From contig MU057781.1 of assembly GCA_013265495.1 (NCBI GenBank), forward strand, positions 498,001-562,000: a stretch of 64,000 bases of DNA. The letters are read 5' to 3'. Origin of the DNA: Vicugna vicugna (Eukaryota). Positions within the stretch are counted from its first letter, which is position 1; each line of letters starts with the position of its first letter. Shown one piece after another: positions 37,002 through 49,200 of the stretch. The notes below the pieces were generated by a model, which worked only from the letters and a program-made list of their open reading frames with translations, did not search any database and was not told the DNA's origin. The translations under genes were made by a program, and so were the position numbers.

Positions 37002-40000
37002 GGGCGGAGAGGCCGCGGGCTGTGCGCTCTGCCTCGGCAGGGCCAGCCCGGGTGTCGCTGCTCCGGCCAGGAGCCCTGCGGGCTGGTGGACAAAACTGAT
37101 GGGGCTTTGTTGGGAAGGGCTGTACCTCAAAACTGATGTTACTTATGTATTTAAGTCCGACCTTTCCCTCCAGTTCATAGACCAGAACTTAACATCCGAG
37201 GGAAAGGTTGTCAACTGCGGTCTCTCCTCAGCTCTCTCCCCTCTGACTCGTGGTCCAGGCGGGCCCACCCCACACGCTGTGTCTGCCGTCGCACTGTCTG
37301 CTGCAGCCACTTCATACAACAACACACTATAAAAAGTTTTAAAATTCCAAAATAAGTATTGTCTTTTTATTTGATTTAATTGCATATAATGAAATCATGC
37401 AGTCACACTTCGGAGATCTCCCGTCCTTCACTAACAAGAGCAGTGGGACGTGCAGTACTTCAAGCTCTGAACGTCCGCGTCCCCAAACGTCTGCCCCTCT
37501 GTTCTGTTTCCATAGAGATGGTCCCTCTGACACACCAGGTCAGGTCTCGGACAAGCCTTAACTGCACCACCTCTGAGAAAGGAAACTGCAGGGGTTAGGA
37601 CCAGAATCGCTGCTGGGAAATAATGTGGTTTATGGTTTGCCTCAAATTCACTGCGATTGAAAACACGTGCTTTTTAAACCTTTTTTAAAAGTCCTTGGGG
37701 TGGGAGGATAATACACTTTTTTAAAACTACTAAAATTATATGCATATTGAATTTCATATTGTATTTCAAGCCAGCAAAATTAAGTTTTTATGTGATGCCA
37801 CCAGTACCTTGGTGGCGTAATTTGAAAGTGGGATCTTTGATGTCAGAAGTCAGGAGTTCCCAGGACAGAAAAAGACAGAGGTGGCGACACTAGGTAGCTG
37901 ACCGGAGCTTGCCGTCGTGGGCCCCTCCGGGGACGGGCCGCGCAGGCTCGCGGGCTGCTCTTGACGTGAAGGCACGCTTTGGTCACTGGTGACACACACG
38001 TGCGACAGCACGTCTCATCGTCTGCCCTGACTGACGTTGGCAGGATGCCACTTCAGTTCACGCTGAGTTGGAAATTGAGAATCAAGAAGTACATTTATTT
38101 TAATTTCAATGTAATTCTTCTACTGTGTCGTCTGCGACACGAGTGACACCTGAGCCGCAGAGCAGTTGCTTCAGCATCAGCCCGGGTCCTAGTGAAATGG
38201 GTCTGCGTATACTGGTTCAGCCGTTTTGACCAAAAAGTTTAGTAATTTCAGATGTTTTGCTGGGTGTGTGCTGTGTGTCTTGGACAGCTTTCTTCATCGT
38301 TGCTTCAGGGCGTGCTTCCTACCGAGCAGAAGAGCAGCCTCCCGGAGGGCCGGGGTCTCCCAGTGGGCCCCCCCCCCACAGTGCTGGGCTGACCTCCTCA
38401 GAGCTGCTTTGGAGAATCAGTGCTTTGAAAAGCATCCCGGGATCTGCCCCGTCCTTTCCCAGGAGGCACTAAGGGTTCCGTTCAAGCCTTTTCCTCCCCT
38501 GACGAGGTGCACGTCCTGTGGTTCTCAGACTTAATGTTTATCTTCTTTATGAAAAAAATCTCGTTGTTCTTGTCCCTTTAAAACTTTACCCTTTTCCTCC
38601 CATTTTAAAGTTAGAGGACTGTCATCTGTTCCTGAAGGATCATTCTGTGAATTTTTGTTGCTCAGAATCCTGTGCTCCTGTTTGACTGGAAGCTGCTGTG
38701 CTCTCTGGGCCGATGACCTGGGTCACGTGAATAAGCTTCATTCGTGTGTGGATTTGGATGTGCACTTTTTAAAAGAAAAATTGAAGTTTCATAAGCCATT
38801 ACCAGACAGAGCTCAGAGTCTTATTTTAAACTGGCCACAGGTCCCGGGCATTTAACAGCAGGGTCCTGCCTGCCTTCTCAGGAGAGCTACGGAGCCAGGA
38901 GCCGTCCCCAGGGCTGTCCCCGGGTCAGCCTAGCGTGTTCCAAGTCCCAGCCAGGCGGAGCAGAGGGCGGGCTCTGTGCTGCTACGGGGCTGTCTTAGGA
39001 GGAACTGTCTGCAAGTTCTGCTTGCAGGGTTGAGGAGGACGTCAGAGTCAGCACTTGGACTTCTCTGAACCAGCCCCTGGCCCCCAGGCCGGCAGCCTGG
39101 GCATCGCAGGGAGGGACAGCAGGGCCTGCTGGGTGTGAGGTGGGGCTCTGCCCTGGGTTGGACGGGGGTGTTGAGCTGAGCAGGGACTGCTGCTCCCGTC
39201 ACAGACTGCCCCTCCCACCAGGTGCTGTGCCTGGAGGGCCCAGGAGGCGGGTGGGAGCTTTCACAAGAGCGGGTGTGAGAGGCAGCCCAGAGGATGGGGC
39301 CGCCTGCCCTCCCTCCCTGCAAAGGCCTGGCCCCCTGAACCGTACTTCCCAGGGTCCCTCCTGCTGGGGACTGGCTCCAGGGGAGCTGCTGGAGGGGGCT
39401 GAGCACCTCGCCCCAAGGGCTTGTCCGTGTAGGGGGAGGGGAGACCAGCTTGGAGACCCCTGCCTGCCCACCCACCCACCAAGGGCTCTCACAGGGACCG
39501 ATGGGGTCAGACTGGTGTGGATGACAGCCGGTGACAGCCCTCTCCTGCGGGGCGTTTGCCGCACAGGCACTGGCCAGGGGTCCCCCAGACCAGCCGGGAT
39601 GCTCACAGGGAGGCGCCCTGCCACTCACCCGCCCCTCACCCCTTGGTGGAGACCCGGTGACACACAGGACGTGGAGGCTGCTTGGAGCTCAACCTTGACC
39701 TCAGAAACCACGGCACAGTGGGTGTTGCAGGAAAGGAGGGGCTGGAGACCTGGTGGGGTTCAGTTGTTCCTCCCTTCGCGCTGAGACCTGGGGCCCGGTC
39801 ACGCGCCCTTCCTGAGCCCGGGGCAGGGCCAGAGTCACATGGGCGGACTCCGCCTCTGCGGCCCTGGCCTTGGGTTCCACCCTGCCCTCCCCGCGCCCCC
39901 AGGCCCTTCTGTCCTAAGAGCGGTCTTCACCCCCAGCCCCGCTGTCTGAAGACACTGGACTAGGGAAACTGATTCCTCCGAGTCCAGTCTGTCCGGTGAG

Positions 40001-40369
40001 TGAGCGAGTCGAGGTGACTTGTTCGGCTCTCTTCTTCCACTGGGCGGTCGGAGGTGGGGTCTGATAGGTTATGATTTTCAGTTTTTAGATCTCACCATCT
40101 GAGGCTGAACCCTGAACACCCTCCAGACGTCTCTGACCTCACAGGCTCTGCTCCCCGACCAGACCCTGGGGTGGGGACTGTGTCTGCAGGGTCCCAGGCC
40201 CCACCTGGCCTGCACACCCAGAGCTGGGTGCAGGCCTTGGGACGGCAGGCCCTCATCAGACTGCACCGTGTTTCTTTGGGGTGTATTCTGTGTCCTGAGA
40301 CAGTTTCCTTGTTTGCCCCAGAGCTGATTTTCAGTAGTAAATTATCATTGTAAATCTTGGGGTATCTTT

Positions 40370-41750
40370 AGATTTTTACTTAAGTGTAGTTAATTTACAA
40401 TGTTAGCTTCAGGCAGGTGTACAGCAGAGTGACTCAGTTATACATACACGTGGGGTTTTTTTCAGATTCTTTTCCATTATGTTATTACAAGAAATTGAAC
40501 ACAGTTCCCTTTGCTGCATAGTAGGTCCTTGTTTATCTATTTTATATATAGTAACTTAGTGTGTCTAACTTGGAGTGTCTGTTAATCCCCAACCCCTAAT
40601 TTATCCGTCCCCACCCTTTCCACTTCAGTAACCGTAGTTGTAGTTTGTTTTCCATGTCCGAGTCTGTTTTTGGTTTGTAAATACTTTGCGTCATTTTTTT
40701 TTAGATTCTGCATATAAATGATACCATGTATTTGTCTCTCTGACTTCACTCAATATGACAATCTCCAGGTCCATCTATGTTGCTGCAAATGGCGATACTT
40801 TATTCTCTTTATGACTTAGTACTCCTCCATTGTATGAACACACCACATCCTCTTTGTCCAGTCCTCTGTTGACGGCCCTTTGGGCTGCTTCCATGCCTTG
40901 GCCGCTGTGCATAGTGCTGCTGTGAGCCTTCCTCCAGATGCATGTCCAGGAGTGGGATGCTGGATCAGAGGAACCTCCATACTGTCCTCCATAGAGGCTA
41001 GAGGGGTATCTTTTAAAGATGTATGTTCCATAACGGATGGGAAACATTAATTTTTCCAAGTAGCAGCTCTCAGGGGAAAATCTGTTTTCCCACGTCTAAG
41101 TATCTGAATGTAGTGTAGCTCTGCAGCTCTTACTACAAAGTTCTGAAACGTGCAGTATGGCCAACGTCACTGTGAGTGTAGGGTGGGCAGCGTGACTCGG
41201 CGTCTGTCCCGAGGCGATCACAGCAAGTCTAGTTAGCATCCACCACCACACACGACGAGTTGCTTCCTCTTGTGATGAGAACTTTTAAGATCTCTCTTAG
41301 CAGCTTTGGAACACGCAGTGCAGCATCACCCCCTCTCGCCACCACACCGTGCGCTCCATCCCGGGACTCGCGCGTTCCATGACCGGAGTCTGTGCCTTTT
41401 CACCTCCTCACCTGCCCTAGACGACTGCCGGTCTGTTCTCTGTGAGCTTGGTTGGGTCTGTGTCTTCAGATCCCACGTATAAGTGACGTCATACTGTGTT
41501 TGTCTCTGACTGACTTCGCAGCGTAACACCCGCGAGGCCCCCCCACCTTATCTGAAATGGGCAAGACCGGTGTTCCTCACGGCTGAGTAACGCCGTGCTG
41601 CACGCACACGTCTTGGTCCGCTCGCTCACCCGTGGACCTTAGGCTGCTTCCGTAGCCTGGCTACTGTAAACAGTGCTGCTGTGAACACTGGGGTGCGTGT
41701 ACGTTTTCAAATTTGTGTTTTCGTTCTTTGGATAAATACTCAGAATTCAG
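40370..41750 (-). mobile_element. Cluster of LINE-1 3'-end fragments between the two genes
   Basis: L1 3'UTR motifs (GGTCCATCTATGTTGCTGCAAATGGC; AGATCCCACGTATAAGTGA; GCTACTGTAAACAGTGCTGC); at least two copies. Confidence 0.8.
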
Positions 41751-42237
41751 AATAATTGGTTTTCCAGGAGAGAAGGGGGCAGATTGACAGAAGAAACAGC
41801 TGAGAATTTCCCAAACGTGAGGAAGGACCTGTACGTCACTGTCCGTGACCCTGACAGAACACTGTCACCTCAGTGCAGAATGGCCTCCAAGACACGTTCT
41901 AATGAAGGCCAGAGACTCAGGCCATGGCCTCTGTCTCGGCCGCAGTCGCCGAGCAGTGGGGGACTCGCTGGCTCTCCGAGGGGGTCTCACTGAGGACACC
42001 TGACCTTGCTGGGAGGTGCCAGGTGCAGTGGGGCCCGTGACAGCAGGCGGCACGCACACCTGCTGTGACGCAGACGGACCCTGGCGGCCTGCGTCGGGGG
42101 CTCCAGCTTCCTTCTCGTGGGTTAAGTTACATCAAGGATCTGGATGCCTTAAGTCAGCTGCCTCCAAACACAAGTGCCTATACTTCCAAAGGAATTGTTT
42201 AAATAGAAACCAAGATTTTAAAAATTAGAACGTTACG

Positions 42238-42243
42238 TTTATT
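42238..42243 (-). terminator. BNIP3: Probable BNIP3 polyadenylation signal AATAAA
   Basis: TTTATT on the plus strand about 0.9 kb past the stop codon, at the end of an AU-rich 3'UTR segment. Confidence 0.65.
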
Positions 42244-43154
42244 TTAACACAACTGAATTCAGTGTGGAAAAGTGGCACACACACACAGTAGCATTTATAC
42301 AGCATATCAAAGGGGCAGCCTTTACAAACCATGCAATGGGGATGCGCCTGGTGTAACCAAAAAGCTTATATGATGTTTGGTTTTAAAACACATGTAAGTA
42401 CAGTAACCAAGTATTTGGCAAGTATTTATTTTTTTCCATTTCCAGCCTTTCAAAGTAGACACAGAGCAGCTTAGAATGAAGCCGATTCCATGAGCACACA
42501 AAAACCGACCACAAACCTGAAGACTGAACTCAGCAATCCAGAGACGAGGGGAAGGGGCGCTGGCCGTCCGGGCAGTTAGGTAACATTCTCAGCTGAGGGC
42601 CCCGTGCTGCAGGGCCCCGCCGCCGGGGCGCTGCCCGGGCAGGCGCGTGTGCAGCCTGCGCTCCGCGCGTCTCTGGCAAAGAGCCACCAGCACAGCCAGA
42701 GCTGAGGGGCGTCCACGTGAGGGTTGTCTGCGGGAGCGAGTGAGGCCGCAGCGTTACTCGGGATGAACCTTCCTGGCAGCGGCGTTCCTTCCAGATAGCG
42801 TCTGACTCGATTAAGGTTGCAGATAATTTGTTAAAACACTACATACGCTGTGACTGGGTATGTTAAACTGCCTACACGTAGGTACTTGGAACACCCCAAG
42901 AAAGGTTCCCACCAGACGGTGACAGCAGACAGTAATCACTGACATGCGTAGTACTTGATCCCTAACTGTGACTATGGGCGAGCAGGGACTTAGTGTCTTT
43001 ACTGACTGAACAAGCAACGCAGCATTTGCAGAAGAAATGACACAGTGGTGCAGCCACCCAGTGACAAAGACAGCGGCTTCTGGAAGCTATGCTGCGAACT
43101 CCAGCGTCTGACCCCCACCACACGAAGCAGCTGGATCCCGCGCCCAGCTCTTCC

Positions 43155-43200
43155 TCAGAAGGTGCTGGTGGACGTTGTCAGGCGCCTTCCGATGTAGATC
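43155..43200 (-). CDS. BNIP3: BNIP3 exon 6 (46 nt including TGA)
   Basis: TTAAG|(G)[17 protein letters not shown]. Confidence 0.96.
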
Positions 43201-46200
43201 CTTAACAGAAAAGGGCAGGGCGTTACTGCGGTCTGGCGGCTCGGGCGCGTGTGCACAGCCGGGACGGGGCAGCAGCCTGGGTCTCGCTTGTTGATGGCAG
43301 GAAGGGGACTGATTCGTACCTGTCAAAACTTTTGTGATGAATCCATATGCAGGCCCTCATCAGTGTGTATTTAGTAACATAATTTAGGAAATCCCAGCTG
43401 TGCGCTAACTGGGGTGCAAGGAGTGCCGGACGCCAGCACTGAGGAGCCGCTAACCAAGCTGCGAAGCCTCTGCTCCCTGTGCTGCTCCCTCAACTGATCA
43501 CGCTGCCCGAGAAAGTCACCCCGGGGCGGGTTTATCAGCACCAGCCTCACAAAGACCACAGCTGAATGGTGAAGCCCCTGCCCTGCTGCCCCCCAGGAGC
43601 CCACATGGGGCTCGGGCGTCCCTCAGGGTGGGCGAGCAGGAGACGGCAGGGGGGTTCCTCAGAGGAACGCAGGACAGTGGACTTTATCCTGACGGGGGTG
43701 AGGCAGGAAGGGCAGAGACTGGGTGGGAGCTGGCTGCAGAAATCCACGCTGAAATGAAGGGCTATAAACCAGGCAAGCCCACGACACCCGACTGCCAGCT
43801 CTGCAGAAAGCTCCAGAAGTCAGCACCTCCACCTCCCGGGGTGAGGCCAGCAGAGTCTGACTCTGCAAGGGCTGAGCAGAACCGACTCGGCGGGCCGTGC
43901 CCCGAGAGGGAGACGGGACCCAGCGGGCGAGGGGCCAGGCTTCAGGATGGGGCGTCATCTGAGACCCACACGCCTCCTTCTGCCCCTAGACTGAGCAGAT
44001 GTCTCCTGTGCCACGTTCACGGAGCCTGGGGAGGTGACCGTGCGGGGACGCCAGCCCCAACCAGTGGCACCAGCCTAAGTCGGAAACCCGTCCTGACGAT
44101 CTCGCTGCCCGCCCAGTGGATGGGCTGCACCACAGAAGCCCACCCAGAGCGGGACCAGGGGCGCAGCCTCCCCCCGGGCGCCGGCCCCCAGCTGCACCTG
44201 TGTGTTCCGCACGGTTTCTCCTGCTGCTGAGTGAGCTCAGCCAAGGAGCTGCGGCAAGTGCCTGGGACCAGCCTCCTGCAGCCGAAAGGTGTGGTTCCCA
44301 CCCACACCTGCACACAAGCGTCCAGGCGCAGCAGCCAGACAGGCCCCCGGGTCAAGAGACGGAAAACCAGTCTCCGCCAGCAGACGGCGTCCAGGCCCCG
44401 GGGTGTGTCTCCGAGACCCAGCTGGGCCCCAGGTGCGCCGGCCGGCCGGGGGTCACTCACCCCAACCCGATGGCCAGCAGGTGGGACAGCAGGAGAGACG
44501 GAAGAAAGACTTTAAGAAACTCGGCAGAGAAGATGCCCCCTTTCTTCATGACGCTCGTGTTCCTCATGCTGAGTGTGGCCGAGCGCTTCGGGTGCTTGAA
44601 GAGGAACTCCCTGCGGGCGGAGAGACGTTTGTCAGTGGGGGGTCCACGCCCTGGAGGCCCCGCCCCAGAGGAACAAACTCACTTGGGGGGGATGTTTTCT
44701 GGCCGACTTGACCAGTCCCAAATCCAGTCTGAGTTCTTCTTCAGGATGCTTTCGACTTCTCTCCTCCTCTCCATGTAATCCTCCTCAGACTGCGGCGCAG
44801 TGAATGGTGAGAGCAGGTTACCCTGTGGCATCCACACCAGAAAGTGCCTTCCCGCCCGGGCAGCAAGCTGAGCTCGGAGCTGGCCAGGTGGGGAGGGGGC
44901 TCAGCTCCCCAGCTTCCTGCCTCTACTCCACGCACACCCCCAGGGAGAGAGTCCCCACTCGGACTCTGGGAGTCCCAGGAGCTGCGGTCACTGCCCCCAG
45001 GAAGCAGCGCCGAGTAATTACAACACAGATGTCCAGAGATGCCAGCCACAGTGCCAGGCAGAACCATGTAAAATGGGGCCCAAAACGGGATGTGGCTAAG
45101 TAAACAGAAGACTGCATCGCCAGCAGTTTGAAGGGGAAAAGAACCAAAACCTTATGTCAGCCTGTGATTAAACCTGTTACACACTCACTACAGGAACTGG
45201 AGAACTTGAACACTGGATCATGGGTGGTGGTCTCCCGCTCTGCCTTCTAAAGGTTCTGTACCTGGTCATCTAACTCTTCTCTAAAATCGAGGGAAAACCT
45301 GTTTGAAATGTTGGAAATACTCTAGACCGTGGACCAAAACCAGCCTAACGCTGGGTGCACGAAAGCTGGACGTGGACCCTGGACATCTGGGTGCAGGCCA
45401 GCCACTCCGGGGCCTTCCCGTCGGGGGCCCCTGGGGTTCTGGAAGCGCTCCCTGGGAAAGCCTGAGCACCAAGCCTCCAGGTCACGTCAGGCTCTCCCGT
45501 GCACTGCCCACTGACAGGCCCGCCGCCCCGCTCCCAGCTTCCCCCCACCCCTGCTCCAGCCTGCCCTCCCTGTGTCCCTGGGGGGCGGGAGGCAGGAGGC
45601 CCGGCTACATGTCCTAAACCAACCCGAGCTGGTGCCACCTCGGAGTCCCCTCAGTGCTGGGGGTGCCCCACCCCCTACTCTACAAAAAGGTAGCAATCTC
45701 CACACTTGGACTCGATCACACTGAAAACTTCGTACAAACAGATCACAAACGTGACACCCGCACATCTTACCTGAGAGCTGTTTTTTTCTCCAAGACTGTG
45801 CGTGTCTGTTTCAGAGGCTCTGTTAATATCTTGTGGAGTCTGTGAGCGAGGTGGACTTGGGAATGAGTAAGAACAGAAAAAGAACATGTTAACCTTCTCT
45901 CCATCATGAGAAGCCACCCACCACCCTGGCAGGGAGCGTCTCTGCGGTGAGACGAGCTCTCCCCTTCTGCCAGGGCTGGGCCGCACTGCCGCCCCAGCAG
46001 CCCCGTCTCTCAGCTGAGACAAGGCAGAAGCGGGCGGGCCAGGGCAGTTCCTCCCACCAGAGGGCAAAGGGCCCGCTGTGTAAGGGGGGCTGGTAACCCA
46101 CTTGGGACCGTGGCCCGACCTGAGGTTGGCAGGCAGGCATTTCCAGCAGGGGCTGACCGCCCCCCCGTGTGTGGCCGTCAGCCCGCGTAGTCCACACCCA

Positions 46201-49200
46201 CCTGTCACAGTGAGAGCTCTTGGAGCTGCTCCGTCCAGACTCATGCTGCGCGTCCAGCAGTATTTTTTCCATGTCGCCGTTATAAATAGAAACAGAGTCT
46301 GGAACGCTGCTCCCGTTCCCGTTCCCACCGAAGTGTAATTCCACCCAGGAGCCTGATGGCGACAAAAACAGCACAGAGCTGCAGCTTCCTACCCTCGCTG
46401 GAGTCTGGTCCTCACAAGAGCCATCTCCGGGGATCATGCCCTAGCAGCCTTCAGGCCCACCTGTGGTGCCTGCTGCCCGGGAGCCTCGCCCGGACGTGGA
46501 CCAGGGCGAGCCTGCGGGAGCCTGCGGCTCCTAGATTCCGGCAAGATGCTCGGTCAGGAGGCCGAGTGGCCAGGGTGCCCTGCACTCAACTTTGACAAGA
46601 AAAAGGGCCTCGGCAAAGGGATTTAAAAATGAAAGAAAGGTTTCAACTCTCTTATCAACCTGTTTCCACATTCCAGCATCACATCCTGACCCTGAGGCCC
46701 CACAGAATTCAATTAAGACTCCCTCTCTGTACGTATTTACATCAGGAGCCAGATGAATGTACTCAGAACACAACAAAGGTGACTTCTGACTAAGTGCGAT
46801 TAACCAGAGCAAACCATCCCTCAGGTGTTCCCCTGACCGAGGCTTCACCGCAAGTAACCCCAGACCTCAGCTCTCCTCCTCGAGCTGAAAACTGGCAGTT
46901 TCATCTCCGAGACAGACAGACTCCGCACAGACATCGTAACTCCCGACAACGGTCTCAGCTCCACAGGCATCCGCTTCCCCAAACACAGCCAGCGCCCAGA
47001 ACCCTACAAGCCAGCATTTTAGGCCGAGCTTTGTCTCTTGCCAGCCCCACCACTTGGACCCGACAAACTCACCAAGTCAACAACAGCTGCCTGGGCGGGC
47101 TCTCCGCCCGGGGCTCTGGGAGCAGGAGTGACGGCGGGGCCCCCCATCCAGGGGACACCTGAGGGCGGGTGCCCGGCAGAGTGCGCGGCAGTGTAGGGCC
47201 AGAGCTGGGGCAGCGCTGGGCACCTGCCAGCTGGGGGGGGGGGGGCGGCTGCTTTTGCCTTTTGTTTGTTTTGGGGGCTGATAGGTCCCCCCAAAAGAGC
47301 TGGAAGATGAGAAGGATGTTGGCAGGTTCCTCCACTGTGATCTTTTACCAGACAGAGGCACTGGAGGGACAGAGGGACAGGTGTGAACCCTAACAGAGGT
47401 CCTGAAGTGCTGAAGATAGAAGGCTCTGTAAGGCTGGGGCAGAGCACCCACAGGCGTGGGGGCAGTGGAGGCCAGGCGGGCGCCCAGGAGCAACTCCTGG
47501 GGGGTTGGACTGGAGGGGCCACCATCCTTGTGGCCTGACACCAGTGCATCCTGCTGCCGCTGTACAGACTCCACTGGGTGGCTCTGCCGGGTTCTACCAC
47601 TCAGGTGTGTGATACCACTCCGATCAGGCTGCTGTGACTGTATAAACACCTGCAGCATCTCATGGTGTCCGTGTGCTCTCACTTCTGAGCACACCCCTAG
47701 GAGTGGGGTTCCCGGGTGAAGAAGTCCCAGGTGTACTTCCAGTGTCATTAAAACATCACTGCTTTCCGACGCGGCAGGACCAGGGAGTTTCTGTTGCCTC
47801 CCGCTTGGTTTCAGCCTTTAAATTTAGCCCGCCTGTGGGGTGTGGTGGCAGCTTACACAGTTTACTCCGCGTTTCTCATTACTGATGAGGCTGAACGTTT
47901 TTCCACACGCTTCCTGGCCATCTGGAGAGCTTCCTTTCTGAATCTGCTCCTTTTCTGTTGAGCAGTCCATCTTCTCCACAGAGCCCAACATTCAAGACAC
48001 AAGCCTTTCTTCATCTGAGTATGTTGCAGGTAACTTCACTGGGGACTGCCTTTCCACTCGGTGTTTTCTGGGAACCCAGAAGGTCTTGATTTTAATTCAA
48101 ATTCTCCAGCTCTTCCTTACCAGACACCATGAGGACACCCTGCTGTACTGTTTCACTCATTCAGACGCAGGTTTAGTGAACTGAATTTATTTAATCTGCA
48201 CGTGTGATCTGAACCAGGGCAGGTCACCCCCTGCTAGGCATCGCTCTTTGGCAAGGCTGCCTCTGCTCCCCACTCTGCCCTATCCTGGCGGACATCGAGC
48301 TGGCCACAAGCACAGGTCTCTCTCTGGGCCCAGGACAGTTTTGCTACTTTGTGTCAGAGGTCCACACCTCTCCAGTGCACCTGTCTGGTAAAAGATCACG
48401 GGGGTGGAACCTGGAGGGCAGCCGCAGACGAGGGGCCCAGAGGCAGACCACACGCAGCCGACTAGAAACGCAGGCCCGAGGCGGGTGGCCCCCTCCTGCT
48501 GCTGCGGTCAGGTTGGCCGCAGGGCGGCACGGGCCCCACCGCAGCTCCCCGCGGCTCCGGGCCGTGTCGGCTGGAGGAGCTGTGCCCGCTGGCACGGGGC
48601 AGCCGCCTGCAGCAGAACCAGCCCGAGCGGCAGGGAGAGCAGCAAAGCAAAGGTCCGGGAGTGAGACGCGAGCTGGGGCTTACCCGTCGCCAGGCTGCAC
48701 TCGGCTGCTGCTCACAGAATGATCACACGTTTTCAAATGAATGCACTTTCCAGCCTCAAGTTCATGTTGGCCGGGCCCACACAAGGAAGGCAGGGTCTGT
48801 CTTGGAGCCCAGGACTCAGTGGACAAAGCCCAGGCCGCTCAGCCTCTGCCTGTCAGTGGACTCCGTTCCTGGGACGCTCGTCTTCCCCAGCTGCACCAAG
48901 GCTGGGGCCGCTCCAGCGGGGACGCAGGCCAGGCGAGCCCTGGAGCACCGCCGCAAAAGAGGCTCAAGTGTGCAAGTCCTTCACTAGCCCGCCTTCCTTC
49001 CCAGGTGGGGCCAGGTGACACTCAACCAGCCAGCTCCGGCCCCGCGGCACGGACAGAACCGCAGGCCCTGCTCTGGGCCCGGCTCCGTCCTCCTAGGCTC
49101 TGGCCCGGCAGCCCAGGTCACTTTCACGTACGGGTCTGACACACGTGGCGTCTGAAGGCCAGTATCTTTCCTGACACCACTTCTGACATGAAATGGGGGC

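Noticed and set aside
36302..37093. 263-aa minus-strand ORF
   Set aside because: Antisense shadow of the last PPP2R2D exon plus intron sequence
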